A DNA stretch of 64,000 nt from Thermoanaerobaculia bacterium (GTDB taxonomy: Bacteria; Acidobacteriota; Thermoanaerobaculia; Multivoradales; JAGPDF01): positions 2,030,998-2,094,997 of the forward strand of contig OY969426.1 in NCBI GenBank assembly GCA_963699245.1. The letters are read 5' to 3'. The translations under genes were made by a program, and so were the position numbers. Under the pieces are notes generated by a model. The model did not search any database. It had not been told where the DNA came from and saw nothing but the letters and a program-made list of their open reading frames with translations. This document shows positions 37,031 through 54,851 of the stretch, one piece after another (position 1 is the stretch's first letter; every line of letters starts with the position of its first letter).

Positions 37031-37962
37031 TCACCGCCTTCGTCGACCACCTCGAGCACGAACGCGGCCTCTCGCCGCACACCGTGCGCGCCTATCGCGG
37101 CGACCTCGACGGACTCGTCGATTTCCTCGCCGTCTACTTCGAGACGCCGGCGGAGAAGATCGATCCGGCGGCGATCGACGTCGTCGCGCTGCGCGCCTTG
37201 CTCGCCGCGCTGACCGCGCGCGGCCTCGGGCGGCGCTCGCAGGGGCGGGCGCTCGCCGCGGCGCGCGCGCTTCTTCCGCTGGGCCTGCCGGGTCGGGGCA
37301 GCTGGCCGCCGATCCCGCCGCGCGACTGCGCACGCCGAAGGCGCCGAAGACGCTGCCCGACCACCTTCGCCCGGGCGAGATCGAGGCGCTGCTCGAGGCA
37401 CCGCGGGGCGACGACCCCGCCGCGCTCCGCGACCGCGCCATCCTCGAGCTCCTCTACGCGACCGGCCTGCGCGTCTCGGAGCTCGTCGCGCTCGACTGGA
37501 GCGACGTCGAGCTCGGCGAGCGCACGCTGCGCGTCGTCGGCAAGGGGGACAAGGAGCGCAGGTGCCTTTCGGCCGTCCGGCGGCGGCGGCGCTCGAGCGC
37601 TGGCGCGCCGCTTCGCGCGACCTGCCGGCGCGCAGCCTCGACGACGCCAGCGCGATCTTCCGCAACCGGCCGGCGGACGGCTGACCGACCGCTGCGTGCG
37701 CCGCATCCTCGATCGCTGGGTCGGCGCCGTGGCGGGCGCGCGCGGCATTCACCCGCACACGCTGCGCCACACCTTCGCCACTCACCTGCTCGAGCAGGGG
37801 GCCGACCTGCGCGCCATCCAGGAGCTGCTGGGCCACTCCTCGCTCTCCACCACCCAGCGCTACACCCATCTCGACATCGACCGCCTGCTCGCGGTCTACC
37901 GCGACGCCCACCCGCGCGCCCGCGAGGAAGCCGCGGCCGACTCCGGAGAGAAAAAGCCATGA
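37018..37962 (+). pseudogene. xerC: Tyrosine recombinase XerC/XerD family, frame broken about four times (net zero)
   Basis: The N-terminus ([37 protein letters not shown]) and C-terminus ([64 protein letters not shown]) share one frame. The middle is readable only in other frames: FFRWACRVG (+1), then [35 protein letters not shown]...[46 protein letters not shown] (+2), then [14 protein letters not shown]...IFRNRP (+1). The switches lie near 37262-37270, 37295-37298 (G run), 37560-37562 and 37670-37675. Confidence 0.85.
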
Positions 37963-38831
37963 CCGCCGACGTCGCGCTCGTCACCTACGAGAAGCTGCCG
38001 GAGCTCGATCCCGACGACCGGGTGCTGCCGCCGGCGCTCGCCCGGCGCGGTCTCGCGGTCGACGTCGTCCGCTGGGACGATCCCGGCTACGCCTGGGAGG
38101 AGGCCCGCCTCGTCCTCTTGCGCAACCCGTGGGACTACTTCCGGCGGCTCGACGAATTCCTCGCCTGGGCGGAGCGCGTCTCGGCGGTCACCCGGCTCGA
38201 GAATCCGCTTCCCGTCCTGCGCTGGAACCTGCACAAGGGGTACCTCGTCGAGCTCGCGCGCCGCGGTGCGCCGGTCGTGCCGACGGCGCTCCTGCCCCGC
38301 GGCTCGTCGTGCGACCTCGCCGCCCTCGCGGCCGAACGGGACTGGCGCGCGCTCGTGGTCAAGCCGGCCGTCTCCGCCGACTCCTGGGAAACGCATGTGC
38401 TGCGCGCGGACGGCATCGCCGCCGGCCAGGCCATCGTCGACCGCCTGCTGCCCGAGCGCGACCTGCTCGTCCAGCCCTTCCTCGACGCGGTCGAGAGCGA
38501 GGGGGAACGCTGCCTCGTCTTCCTCGACGGCCGCTACTCGCACGCGGTGCGCAAGAACGCGCTGACCAAGGGGGGGCGGTGGGCCGGCCTGCCGGAAGGG
38601 GCGCCGGTCGAGGCGGCGGCCGACGAGATCGCCGCCGGCGAGAAGGTCCTCGCCGCTTCGGGGCTCGGAAGCCTCCTCTACGCCCGCGTCGACCTGATCC
38701 GCGACGCCGCCGGCAGCCCGCGGCTGCTCGAGCTCGAGCTGGCGGAGCCGACGCTCTTCCTCGCCGACGCGCCTGCCGGACTCGAGCGGCTGGTCGATGC
38801 GATCGTCCGCCGCGTCGCGGCGCGCGACTGA
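37959..38831 (+). CDS. ATP-grasp fold protein (RimK/glutathione-synthetase-like), function unknown
   Basis: ATGA overlap with the xerC stop. ...[20 protein letters not shown]...[31 protein letters not shown]...[29 protein letters not shown] resembles the ATP-grasp strand pattern. Assigned by eye only. Confidence 0.5.
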   Translation: MTADVALVTYEKLPELDPDDRVLPPALARRGLAVDVVRWDDPGYAWEEARLVLLRNPWDYFRRLDEFLAWAERVSAVTRLENPLPVLRWNLHKGYLVELARRGAPVVPTALLPRGSSCDLAALAAERDWRALVVKPAVSADSWETHVLRADGIAAGQAIVDRLLPERDLLVQPFLDAVESEGERCLVFLDGRYSHAVRKNALTKGGRWAGLPEGAPVEAAADEIAAGEKVLAASGLGSLLYARVDLIRDAAGSPRLLELELAEPTLFLADAPAGLERLVDAIVRRVAARD

Positions 38832-38897
38832 CCGGGACTCGCCAGCGCCGGGGACACCTGCTACCCTAACCGCGATTTCCCGGGGAAGGAGGACCGC

Positions 38898-40472
38898 ATG
38901 GGTCGGGAACCGGCATCGCCGGCCCGCGCGGCCGGGATGAGCGGCGACGACGGTGCGGTCGATGTCTTCCGCTTCGCTTTCGAGGAAGCGCCGCAAGCCA
39001 TCGTCGTCGCTCAGGACGGCCGCCTCAGGCTGGTCAATCGCGCCGCCGAGCGTCTGTCCGGACGCTCGCGCGAGGCCCTCCTCGGCCTTCCCTTCACCGA
39101 GCTGATCCACCCCGACGACCTCGAGCGAATCGAAGGTCTCTACCAGGCGCGGCTGGCTGGCGATCGCGCCGAGCGCGTCACGACCTTTCGCATCCTCGAC
39201 CTCGACGGCACGCCGCACTGGGTCGAGGCGCACTCGCGGCCGAGCCTCTGGCAGAAGCGCCCGGCGGTCGTCACCTTCCTCGTCGAGGTCACCGAGCGCG
39301 AGCGCGAACGGCAGGCTGCCGCCGATCTCGAGCGCCTGCTGTCGCGCATCGCACAGATCGCCCCCTACTTCATCTTCGTCTACGACTACGACCTCGGCCG
39401 CGACCTCTACATCAATCGCGCGGTGCCGCAGGCGCTCGGCTACTCGGACGAGGAAGCGGCGGCGCTCGGCGCCTATCCGTTCGAGAGGCTCTGTCATCCC
39501 GAGGACTACGCGCAGGCGCTCGAGCGCGACCAGCGCTGGGTGAACGTCCCCGAAGGGGCGATCGACGTGGTCGAGTTCCGCATGCTCAACCGCGCCGGCG
39601 AGTGGCGATGGTTTCGCAGCCTCAACACCCCCTTCCAGCGCGACCCGACGGGCCGCGTGCGCCAGATGCTCGGCGTCTGCCTCGACATCACCGAGCTCAA
39701 GCGCAGCGAAGAGGCGCTGCGGCGCAGCGAGAAGCTCGAGAGCCTCGGCCTCCTCGCCGGCGGCCTGGCGCACGACTTCGGCAACCTGCTCACTCCCATC
39801 CTCGGCCACGCCGAGCTGCTCGAGCGCAAGCTCCCCGCGGACTCTCCGGCGCAGGCGAATCTGCGCGCCATCCGCACCGCCGCCGAGCGCGCCGGCGAGC
39901 TCGTCCATCACCTGCTGGTGGTCTCCGGCCGCGGCGCCTTCGAGCCGCAGCCGGTACCGCTCGACGCGCTGATCCTCGAGGTCGCCGCGATGCAGGAGGC
40001 GGTGCTGCCGCCGGAGGTGAGCCTGCGGGTCGAGATCGCCCCCAACCTCCCGGAGGTCGCCGGCGAAGCGACGCAGCTGCGCCAGGTGCTGCTCAACCTG
40101 GTCGGCAACGCCGTCGACGCGCTCGCCGAGCGCGGCGGCACGATCGTGGTGCGCGCGCTGCCGGTCGACGTCGACGAAGCCCAGGCCTCGGTGATGGAGC
40201 TGCGCGAGCGGGTGGCCAGCGGCCCCGCGGTCCTGCTCGAGGTCGAAGACGACGGCCCCGGCATGGACGCCGCGACGCGCGCCCGCCTGCTCGAGCCCTT
40301 CTTCACCACCAAGCCGAGAGGGCGCGGGCTCGGGCTGGCGTCGGTGGTCGGCATCATCCGCCGCCATCGCGGCGGGCTGGCGGTGGACTCCAATCCGGGG
40401 CGCGGCACCATTTTCCGCATCCTCCTGCCGCTCGCGCGGCGAAGCGAGCTCGCCCCCTCCGCCGCGGGCTGA
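38898..40472 (+). CDS. Cytoplasmic PAS-domain sensor histidine kinase
   Basis: GGAAGGAGG lies 6 nt upstream of the ATG. Two PAS-like segments are followed by the H-box [18 protein letters not shown]-box [12 protein letters not shown]1 DDGPGMD and G2 GRGLGLA. There is no TM segment and no adjacent response regulator. Confidence 0.85.
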   Translation: MGREPASPARAAGMSGDDGAVDVFRFAFEEAPQAIVVAQDGRLRLVNRAAERLSGRSREALLGLPFTELIHPDDLERIEGLYQARLAGDRAERVTTFRILDLDGTPHWVEAHSRPSLWQKRPAVVTFLVEVTERERERQAAADLERLLSRIAQIAPYFIFVYDYDLGRDLYINRAVPQALGYSDEEAAALGAYPFERLCHPEDYAQALERDQRWVNVPEGAIDVVEFRMLNRAGEWRWFRSLNTPFQRDPTGRVRQMLGVCLDITELKRSEEALRRSEKLESLGLLAGGLAHDFGNLLTPILGHAELLERKLPADSPAQANLRAIRTAAERAGELVHHLLVVSGRGAFEPQPVPLDALILEVAAMQEAVLPPEVSLRVEIAPNLPEVAGEATQLRQVLLNLVGNAVDALAERGGTIVVRALPVDVDEAQASVMELRERVASGPAVLLEVEDDGPGMDAATRARLLEPFFTTKPRGRGLGLASVVGIIRRHRGGLAVDSNPGRGTIFRILLPLARRSELAPSAAG

Positions 40473-40533
40473 GCCATCGCCGGCGCCCTGGGGCGCCCCG
40501 AAGCTCCCGGAGGCGGTTGATAAGCTGGCCGCC

Positions 40534-41071
40534 ATGGAAGCGACGCACGCCACGACCGTGCTCCTCGTGCGCCGCGACGGCGGCGTGGTGATGGCGTCCG
40601 ACGGCCAGGTGACGCTCGGCAACGCCATCCTCAAGCGCGGCGCGACCAAGGTCCGGCGGGCCGGCCGCGGCCGCGTGCTGGTCGGCTTCGCCGGCGGCGC
40701 CGCCGACGGCCTGGCGCTCTTCGCCCGCTTCGAGACCAAGCTCGAGGAGTCGAACCAGAACCTCGAGCGCGCCGTGGTCGAGCTCGCCAAGGACTGGCGC
40801 ACCGACCGCGCGCTGCGCCAGCTCGACGCGGTGATGATCGTCGCCGACCTCGAGCGGAGCTTCCTCGTCTCCGGCCAGGGGGACCTCATCCAGCCCGACG
40901 AGGACGGCCTGCTCGCCATCGGCTCCGGGGGGCAACTTCGCCCTCGCCGCGGCGCGCGCGCTGCTGCGCCACACGGCGATGCCGGCGCGCGAGATCGCCG
41001 TGCAGGCGATGAACATCGCCGCCGAGCTCTGCATCTACACGAACGACCGGCTCACGGTCGAGGAGCTCTGA
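40534..41071 (+). pseudogene. hslV: ATP-dependent protease subunit HslV, one extra G in a G-run
   Basis: [42 protein letters not shown]...[13 protein letters not shown]...LLAIGSGG, then the frame is lost. Dropping one G from the G6 run at 40927-40932 restores [45 protein letters not shown], with the stop at 41069-41071. The length is 3n+1. Confidence 0.9.
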
Positions 41072-41075
41072 GCCG

Positions 41076-42424
<1,349 letters not shown>

Positions 42425-42428
<4 letters not shown>

Positions 42429-43724
42429 ATCGATTCGCCGCCTCCGCTCTCCCGCTGCTCGTCGCCTTGTCGGTCGCCGCCTGCGGCAAGCAGGGGGATC
42501 CGACGCCGCCGCCGCGCGCGATCCCGCAGCCCGCGAAGGATCTGGTCGCCACCCAGCGCGGCGACCAGGTACTGATCGGCTTCTCCTACCCCGCCTCGAC
42601 CCTGGCCGGCCTGCCGCTCGCCGGGCTCGACTCGCTCACGGTGTACGAGATCCTCCGTCCGCTCCCGCCGCCCCCCGCCGCGCCGGTGACGGCGGCGTCG
42701 CCGACGGCGACGGCGGCGACGACTCCCGCAGCAGCTCCGACGACCGCTCCGGCGACGCCGGCGGCCCCGGCCACGCCGCCGGCGCCAGCGCCGTGCGCCT
42801 GCGCCCGCGACGACTCCGACGCCGGCGCTTCCGGCAACGCCGGTCGCGGCTGCGCCGGCGGCGGGAACGGCGGCCGCGGCCACGACTCCCGCGGTGCCGA
42901 AGCCGCCCGCGGCGGTCGAAAAGGTCGACTTCACCGACGCCGACTACAAGAAGGTCGCCAAGCCGGTGTTGACTCTCGTCCCCCCGCAGCTCGACGAGGC
43001 GCTCGTCGGCGGCCGCTTCCGGATCCGCCTGCCGCTCGCGGCGACCGCGACGACCGACGGCCAGGAACGCATCTACGTGGTGCGCACCGAGGCCAAGGGA
43101 GGCGAGCTCTCGCCGTGGTCGAACGCCGTCATCCTGACGCCGCAGATCGCGCCGCCGGCGCCGTCGGATCTCACCGCGACGGCGACGAAGGATGGCGTCG
43201 CGCTGAGCTGGAGCTCTCCCGCGGGGATCGCTGGCCTGGCGGTGCTGCGCCGCGAGTCCGCCAATCCCGAATGGGGCGAGCCGCTCGCCGTGCTCCCCGC
43301 CGACGCCGCCGAGTATCTCGACCGCCGCGCCGCGCTCGGCACGCGCTACGTCTACACCGTGATCAGCCGCACCGCCGCGACGCCGCCGGCCGAGAGCGCG
43401 CCGGTCGCCGAGCGCGAGGTCGACTATCGCGACGTCTTCGCCCCCGCCGCGCCGTCGAGCCTGCGCGCCCTCGGCATGGCGGGCGAGGTCCGCCTGGTCT
43501 GGGAGGCGAGCCCCGATGGCGACGTCAGCGGCTACTTCGTCGAGCGCGCGGCGGGCGAGGGCGACTTCGTCCGCCTGACGCCGCAGCCGCTCGACGCGCT
43601 CGAATACTCGGACGCCGCGGCGCCCGCCGGCACGCCGCTCAGCTATCGCGTCCTCGCGGTCGATCGCGCCGGCAACGCCTCGGAGCCGTCGGCGGTGGCC
43701 ACCACCCAGGGCCCGCTGCGCTAG
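42425..43724 (+). pseudogene. Lipoprotein with P/A/T-rich linker and two FN3-like domains; frame broken once; start unresolved
   Basis: The frame of ORF 42467-43741 gives (L)NRFAASALPLLVALSVAACGKQGDP, a signal peptide with lipobox, then ...YEILRPLPPPPAAPVTAASPTATAATTPAAAPTTAPATPAAPATPPAPAP. A +1 shift near 42790-42797 joins the frame of ORF 42894-43724 (APAPATTPTPALPATPVAAAPAAGTAAAATTPAVPKPPAAVEKVDF...PSDLTATATKDGVALSWSSP...PSSLRALGMAGEVRLVWEASPDGDVSGYFVERA...[16 protein letters not shown]). The only in-frame starts are CTG 42425 or TTG 42467. ATG 42418 is 1 nt out of frame. Confidence 0.6.
42655..42900 (+). repeat. Low-complexity Pro/Ala/Thr-rich coding tract (linker of the lipoprotein)
   Basis: GCN/CCG/ACG codon-rich stretch with short imperfect repeats (CCGGCG, GCGACG). 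It is not a spaced repeat array. Confidence 0.6.
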
Positions 43725-43737
43725 GAGAGCGGACGCG

Positions 43738-44976
43738 ATGACGCCGAGCTTCGCCCCGGTCGACGAGCAACTGGCGCTGCTCCGCCGCGGCGCGGTCGAC
43801 CTGGTCTCCGAGGAAGACCTGCGCCGCAAGCTCGAGCGCTCGCGGTCGACCGGCAAGCCGCTCGGGATCAAGACCGGCTTCGATCCCTCGTCGCCCGACC
43901 TCCACCTCGGACACACCGTCCTGCTGCGCAAGATGCGGCACTTCCAGCAGCTCGGCCACCGCGTCGTCTTCCTGATCGGCGACTTCACCGGCATGATCGG
44001 CGACCCCACCGGCAAGAAGGCGACGCGCCCACAGCTCACGCGCGACGCGCTGATGGCCAACGCCGAGACCTACGCCCGGCAGGTCTACAAGATCCTCGAC
44101 CGCGACGCGACCGTCGTGCGCTACAACAGCGAGTGGCTCTCGCCGATGGGCGCCGAGGGGCTGATCCGCCTCGCCGGCAAGTGGACGCTGGCGCGCATGA
44201 TGGAGCGCGACGACTTCCGCAACCGCTGGCAGACCAACCAGCCGATCTCGATCCACGAGCTGCTCTACCCGCTCGTGCAGGGCAAGGACTCGGTCGAGAT
44301 GGCGAAGATCCCGGAGGTCGGCTGCGACGTCGAGCTCGGCGGCCACGACCAGATCTTCAACCTTCTGGTCGGCCGCGACCTGATGCGCGAGGAAGGTCAG
44401 GAGCCGCAGGTCTGCCTGACGGTGCCGCTCCTCGTCGGCCTCGACGGGCACGAGAAGATGTCGAAGTCGCTCGGCAACGCGATCGCGGTCGAGGATCCGC
44501 CGCGCGAGATCTACGGCAAGACGATGTCGATCCCGGACGCGCTGATGTGGGACTGGCTGCTCCTGCTGACCGACGTCGAGCAGTCGGAGATCGCGGCGCG
44601 CAAGGGCGCCGTGGCGCGCGGCGATCTCCACCCGAAGAGCGTCAAGCAGGAGCTGGCGCGCACTCTGGTCGCGCAGTTCCACGGCGCGGCGGCGGCGGCC
44701 GAGGCGGAAGCCGAGTTCGAGCGCATCTTCGCGGGCGGCGGCACCCCCGACGAGATCCCGGCGGTCGCGCTCGCCGCCGGCCCGACGCTGGTCGAGCTGC
44801 TTGTCGCCGCCGCACTGGTGCCGACCCGCAACGAGGCGCGGAGGATGCTCGAGCAGGGCGCCGTGACGATCGACGGCGAGCGCGCCGGCGATCCGCGCGC
44901 GACGCTCGCGGCCCGCGACGAGCCCTATCTGGTCAAGGTCGGCAAGCGACGGTTCGCGCGCCTCACGCTGCGCTGA
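43738..44976 (+). CDS. tyrS: Tyrosyl-tRNA synthetase
   Basis: HIGH-type motif PDLHLGH, KMSKS present ([12 protein letters not shown]), and a C-terminal S4-like domain ([18 protein letters not shown]). Confidence 0.92.
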   Translation: MTPSFAPVDEQLALLRRGAVDLVSEEDLRRKLERSRSTGKPLGIKTGFDPSSPDLHLGHTVLLRKMRHFQQLGHRVVFLIGDFTGMIGDPTGKKATRPQLTRDALMANAETYARQVYKILDRDATVVRYNSEWLSPMGAEGLIRLAGKWTLARMMERDDFRNRWQTNQPISIHELLYPLVQGKDSVEMAKIPEVGCDVELGGHDQIFNLLVGRDLMREEGQEPQVCLTVPLLVGLDGHEKMSKSLGNAIAVEDPPREIYGKTMSIPDALMWDWLLLLTDVEQSEIAARKGAVARGDLHPKSVKQELARTLVAQFHGAAAAAEAEAEFERIFAGGGTPDEIPAVALAAGPTLVELLVAAALVPTRNEARRMLEQGAVTIDGERAGDPRATLAARDEPYLVKVGKRRFARLTLR

Positions 44977-45072
44977 GATCCTCCCACCCCGACGGGCGGC
45001 GCTCCCTCCACGGTCGAGCGCTACGGTGATCCCGCTGGCCTCCTGCCGGCTTCGTAGAAGGAGGAAGACCCC

Positions 45073-45564
45073 ATGCGCGCTCTCGTCGCTCGCGACCTGA
45101 TGAATTCCGACATCCTGAAAGTGCGGGACGACCAAAGTCTCACCGACCTCGCCGAGTTCCTGACCGAGAACGAGATCTCGGGCGCTCCCGTCGAGGACGT
45201 CGAAGGCCGGCTGGTCGGCGTGGTTTCGCTCAGCGATCTCGCGGCGGCGATCACCGGCGAACGGGACCAGGCGGTGCTCGACCACTCCGCGCCGAGCTTC
45301 TTCGTGCGCAACTGGGAGGACAAGTTCAATCCCGAGGACCTCGCCGGGCTGCGCATCGCCGAGTCCGAAGCGACGGTCGGCGAGATCATGACGCCGGCGA
45401 TCTTCGCCGTCGACGAAGAGGCGCCGGTCTCGCAGATCGCCGAGAAGATGATCCACTCGCACGTCCATCGGCTGCTGGTGATGCGCAACCACAAGGTCGT
45501 CGGCATCCTCTCGACATCCGACCTGCTCGGCCTGCTGGTCGACACTCCCGAAGCGGCGGTCTGA
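45073..45564 (+). CDS. CBS domain pair protein
   Basis: AGGAGG lies 7 nt upstream. Two CBS repeats (LMNSDILKVRDDQSLTDLAEFLTENEISGAPVED..GRLVGVVSLSDL; IMTPAIFAVDEEAPVSQIAEKMIHSHVHRLLVMRNHKVVGILSTSDLL). Confidence 0.85.
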   Translation: MRALVARDLMNSDILKVRDDQSLTDLAEFLTENEISGAPVEDVEGRLVGVVSLSDLAAAITGERDQAVLDHSAPSFFVRNWEDKFNPEDLAGLRIAESEATVGEIMTPAIFAVDEEAPVSQIAEKMIHSHVHRLLVMRNHKVVGILSTSDLLGLLVDTPEAAV

Positions 45565-45575
45565 ATCCGGAGCGG

Positions 45576-51204
<5,629 letters not shown>

Positions 51205-51218
51205 TCCGGGGGCTCGCC

Positions 51219-52289
51219 ATGGTCGGCGACCTCCTCGGCGATTTCCTCATCTATGGCGCCAACGGTTTCACCGGCGAGCTCATCGCCCGCGAGGCGGTGC
51301 GCCGCGGGTTGGCGCCGATCCTCGCCGGCCGGAACGCCGACGCGCTCCGGCCGCTGGCGACGGAGCTCGGCCTCCCCTTTCGCGTCGCGGCGCTCGACGA
51401 TCCGGCGGCGCTCGCCGCAGCGCTCGCCGGGGTCCGCGTCGTGTTGCACGCTGCAGGACCCTTCGTGCTCACGGCGCGCCCGATGCTCGACGCCTGCGTC
51501 GCCGCTCGCGCGCACTACCTCGACATCACCGGCGAGATCGCGGTCTTCGAGGCGATCTTCCGCCGCGATGCCGAGCTCGCCGGCGCCGGCCTCGGCGCGG
51601 TGCCGGGAGTCGGCTTCGACGTCGTGCCGTCGGACGCCCTCGCCGCCGAGCTCGCCCGCGCTCTGCCGGGCGCCGAGCGGCTCGACCTCGCCTTCGCCAG
51701 CCTCGGCGGAAGCTGGAGCCGCGGCACGCTGGCCACCATGCTCGAGGGACTGCCGGCGGTCGGCTGGGAGCGCCGCGACGGGCGCCTCGTCGAGGTGCGC
51801 CCCTTCGGCGCGACGCTCGACCTCGAGCTGCCGGGGATCGGCCGCCGGCGCGCGGTGCAGATTCCGTGGGGCGACCTCGCGACCGCCTGGCGCACCACAA
51901 GGGTTCCCAACATCCGCACCTTTGCCGCGCTGCCACCGCGGGTGATCCGCCTGGCGCGACTGCTCGTCCCTCTTCTCGGTCTGCTCGGCCGGCCGGCGAT
52001 CAAGCACCGCCTGCAGGCGATGGTTCGCCGGCGCGTCACCGGCCCGGACGCCGAAACCCGGCGGACGGCTCGCGTCGCGCTCTGGGGGCGAGCCACGGCG
52101 CCCGACGGGGCTGCGGTCGTTCGCTCGCTGGAGGTATCGGAGGGCTATACCCTGACCGCGCTCGCCGCGGTCGAGTGCGCGCGCCGCGCGCTGGCGGGCG
52201 AGCTCGCGCCGGGCGCCTGGACGCCGACGCTCGCCTTCGGTCCCGGCCTGCTCGCCGCCATCCCCGGCACGCGCTGGACTTCGACCTGA
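51219..52289 (+). CDS. Saccharopine dehydrogenase-like NAD(P)-binding family protein
   Basis: FLIYGANGFTGELIAREAVRRG (Rossmann), ...HAAGPFVLTARPMLDACVAARAHYLDITGE. Confidence 0.7.
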   Translation: MVGDLLGDFLIYGANGFTGELIAREAVRRGLAPILAGRNADALRPLATELGLPFRVAALDDPAALAAALAGVRVVLHAAGPFVLTARPMLDACVAARAHYLDITGEIAVFEAIFRRDAELAGAGLGAVPGVGFDVVPSDALAAELARALPGAERLDLAFASLGGSWSRGTLATMLEGLPAVGWERRDGRLVEVRPFGATLDLELPGIGRRRAVQIPWGDLATAWRTTRVPNIRTFAALPPRVIRLARLLVPLLGLLGRPAIKHRLQAMVRRRVTGPDAETRRTARVALWGRATAPDGAAVVRSLEVSEGYTLTALAAVECARRALAGELAPGAWTPTLAFGPGLLAAIPGTRWTST

Positions 52290-52298
52290 TCCGGTTCG

Positions 52299-53531
52299 TC
52301 AGGTGCCGGCCGCCAGCGCGATCACGCCGTCGCTCGCCAGCGCTTCGATCTCCGCGTCGCTGACGCCGGCGCGCTCGCGCAGCACCTCGCGCGTGTCGGC
52401 GCCGAGCTCGCGCCCCGCCCACTCGGTCGCCGCCGGCGTGCGCGAGAGCTTCGGCGCCACCGCCGGCAGGGTGAGCGGCCGGCCGTTCACCTCGAGCCGC
52501 TCGAAGAGCTGCCGCGCCCGGTAGTGCGGGTCGGCGAGCATGTCGGCGACCGAAAAGATCGTCGACGCCGGCACCGCCGCCTTCGCGAGCCGTTCCACCA
52601 CCTCGCCGGCGGCGAGCGTCCGCGTCCAGGCGCCGATCGCCGCATCGAGCTCCGCCTGCCGCGCGACGCGCACCGGATTGGCGGCGAGCGCCGCGTCGGC
52701 GGCGAGGTCGGCGCGCCCGATCGCCGTCATCAGGCGGCGGAAGTTGGCGCCGTTGTTGGCGCCGATCACCACCGAGCGGCCGTCGGCGCAGGGATAGGCG
52801 TTCGACGGCACGACGCCGGTGATGGTCGTCCCCGAGGGGCCGCGCACCGTGCCGAGGCGGTCGAACTCGGGCACCGTGCTCTCGAGCAGCGCGAAAACCG
52901 CCTCGAAGATCGCGACGTCGACGAGCTGGCCGCGATGCGCCGGGTCGGCGTCGCGCGCGCGCAGCGCGAGCAGGATTCCGAAGGCGGCGAAGAGGCCGGC
53001 GAGCGAGTCGCCGAGCGAGAGGTTGGCACGCACCGACGCCTCACCCGGCATGCCGGTCAGGTGGCGCAGGCCGCCGAACGCTTCGCAGACCGAGGCGTAA
53101 CCCGGGCGCCGCGAGTAGGGGCCGCTCTGGCCGAAGCCCGACACCCGCGCGTAGACGAGCCCGCTGTTCTCGACGCAGAGGATCTCCGGCCCCAGCCCCC
53201 ACTTCTCGAGCGTGCCGGGCCTGAAGTTCTCGATCAGCACGTCGGCCTGGCGCGCCAGCCTGCGCACCAGGCTCTGCCCGCGCGGCGCGGCGAGGTCGAT
53301 CGCCACCGCGCGCTTGTTGCGACCGAGCGAACGCCACCAGAGCGAGACGCCGTCGTCGGGGTCGAGGCCGCGCCAGCTGCGGATCGGATCGCCGCCCTGC
53401 GGCGGCTCGACCTTGATCACCTCGGCGCCGAACGCGGCGAGCAGCTCGCCGGCGAACGGCCCGGCCAGGATCTGGCCGAGCTCGAGCACGACGATGCCCT
53501 CGAGCGGGCGGCGCGGCGGAGGCTCGGCCAT
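52299..53531 (-). CDS. Family III CoA-transferase (CaiB/BaiF/Frc-like)
   Basis: PLEGIVVLELGQILAGPFAGELLAAFGAEVIKVEPP.GGDPIRSW...ADVLIENFRPGTLEKWGLG.... Confidence 0.85.
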   Translation of the reverse strand: MAEPPPRRPLEGIVVLELGQILAGPFAGELLAAFGAEVIKVEPPQGGDPIRSWRGLDPDDGVSLWWRSLGRNKRAVAIDLAAPRGQSLVRRLARQADVLIENFRPGTLEKWGLGPEILCVENSGLVYARVSGFGQSGPYSRRPGYASVCEAFGGLRHLTGMPGEASVRANLSLGDSLAGLFAAFGILLALRARDADPAHRGQLVDVAIFEAVFALLESTVPEFDRLGTVRGPSGTTITGVVPSNAYPCADGRSVVIGANNGANFRRLMTAIGRADLAADAALAANPVRVARQAELDAAIGAWTRTLAAGEVVERLAKAAVPASTIFSVADMLADPHYRARQLFERLEVNGRPLTLPAVAPKLSRTPAATEWAGRELGADTREVLRERAGVSDAEIEALASDGVIALAAGT

Positions 53532-53543
53532 CTCGCCCCGTCC

Positions 53544-54800
53544 TCAGGCCGGCAGCGCGACGTCCGCCGGGCGCCCGGACCGGCCGTAGACGACGTTGAA
53601 GAGCGGCACCGCCATCAGCGTCGTCACCACCGCCATCAGCACCAACATGGTGAAGAGCGTCTGGGTGATCAGGCCATGCTCGTAGGCGATGTTGAGCAGG
53701 ATGAGCTCCATCAGGCCGCGCGCGTTCATCAGCGCGCCGATCGCGACGGCGTCGCGCGACGACTCGCCGCACAGGCGCGCCGCCACTCCGCAGGCGATCC
53801 CCTTGCCGAAGATCGCCGCCGCCAGCACGAGCGCCGCGATCGCCCACAGGGTCGGGTCGGAGAGCAGGCCGATCGCGGTGTTGAGCCCCGAGTTGACGAA
53901 GAACATCGGCAGCAGCAGGACCGTGGTGAGCGGCGCCATCTGACCCTCGAGCCGCTCCTGCAGCGGACCGCGCGGCAGGCAGGCGCCGAAAACGAAGGCG
54001 CCGAAGACGGCATAGATGCCGAGGCTGTCGGTCGCCCAGGCGGCGAGTGCCAGCAGCGCCAGCGTCGCCGGGAGGACCAGCGGCTCGCGCGCCGGGCGCC
54101 GGCCGAGGAAGCCGTAGAGCCGCGCCAGCGCCGGTTTCCCCGCCAGGAACATGCCGAACAGGTAGACCGCGCCGCCGCCGACCGCCAGCACGACGATCGA
54201 CAGCTTGCCCGAGAAGCCCGACAGCACCGCCGCCAGCAGGCACCAGGCCGCCGCGTCGTCGAGCGAGCCGGCGGCGAGCGCCAGCGTGCCGAGCGAGGTT
54301 CCCGCCAGGCCGCGCTCGACGATGATCCGCGCCAGCATCGGGAAGGCGGTGATCGACAGCGCCGATCCGAAGAAGAGCATCGCCTGCCAGTCGGCGACGC
54401 CGGGGGCGAAGAGCGCGAAGCGGTCCTTAAGCAGAACAGCGAGGAGGGCGCCGAGCGCGAACGGCGTCGCGATGCCGGCCCACGACACCGCCACCGCGCT
54501 GCGCAAGCGGTGGCGAATGAGCTCGACGTCGAACTCGAGGCCGATCAGGAACATGTAGAGCACGAGGCCGATCTGGGCGAGAACGTAGATCATCGGCTTG
54601 GTCGGCGCCGGAAAGAGCCAGGCCTGGAGACGGGGGGCGAGAAGGCCGAGCAACGACGGTCCCAGCAGGACCCCGGTGACCATTTCCGCCACCACCTGCG
54701 GCTGGCCGAACGGACGGATCGCCCAGCCAACCACCCGGCAGGCCGCCAGGATCACGGCGATCTGGAAGAAGACGCAAACGGAGATCTCGAAGGGCGTCAT
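53544..54800 (-). CDS. Cation:proton antiporter (CPA2/Kef-type Na_H_Exchanger fold), no KTN domain
   Basis: 418-aa polytopic protein: FFQIAVILAACRVVGWAIRPFGQPQVVAEMVTGVLLGPSLLG...FMFLIGLEFD. Confidence 0.8.
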   Translation of the reverse strand: MTPFEISVCVFFQIAVILAACRVVGWAIRPFGQPQVVAEMVTGVLLGPSLLGLLAPRLQAWLFPAPTKPMIYVLAQIGLVLYMFLIGLEFDVELIRHRLRSAVAVSWAGIATPFALGALLAVLLKDRFALFAPGVADWQAMLFFGSALSITAFPMLARIIVERGLAGTSLGTLALAAGSLDDAAAWCLLAAVLSGFSGKLSIVVLAVGGGAVYLFGMFLAGKPALARLYGFLGRRPAREPLVLPATLALLALAAWATDSLGIYAVFGAFVFGACLPRGPLQERLEGQMAPLTTVLLLPMFFVNSGLNTAIGLLSDPTLWAIAALVLAAAIFGKGIACGVAARLCGESSRDAVAIGALMNARGLMELILLNIAYEHGLITQTLFTMLVLMAVVTTLMAVPLFNVVYGRSGRPADVALPA

Positions 54801-54851
54801 GGGGGGCGCGCGGGACCGGCGAAGTCTATGGGATCGAAGCGGCGGCCCGCG

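Noticed and set aside
37018-37962. The tyrosine recombinase as the integrase of a mobile element, with the following ATP-grasp and kinase genes as cargo
   Set aside because: The XerC-type motif set and the conserved trmFO-xerC-hslVU neighbourhood point to the chromosomal dimer-resolution/CodV-type recombinase. I saw no flanking direct repeats, tRNA target, excisionase or other phage/ICE genes.
42655-42900. Repetitive GCN/CCG/ACG tract, considered as a tandem repeat or CRISPR-like array
   Set aside because: It has no constant-length direct repeats with unique spacers. It translates to a Pro/Ala/Thr linker in the coding frames of the lipoprotein.
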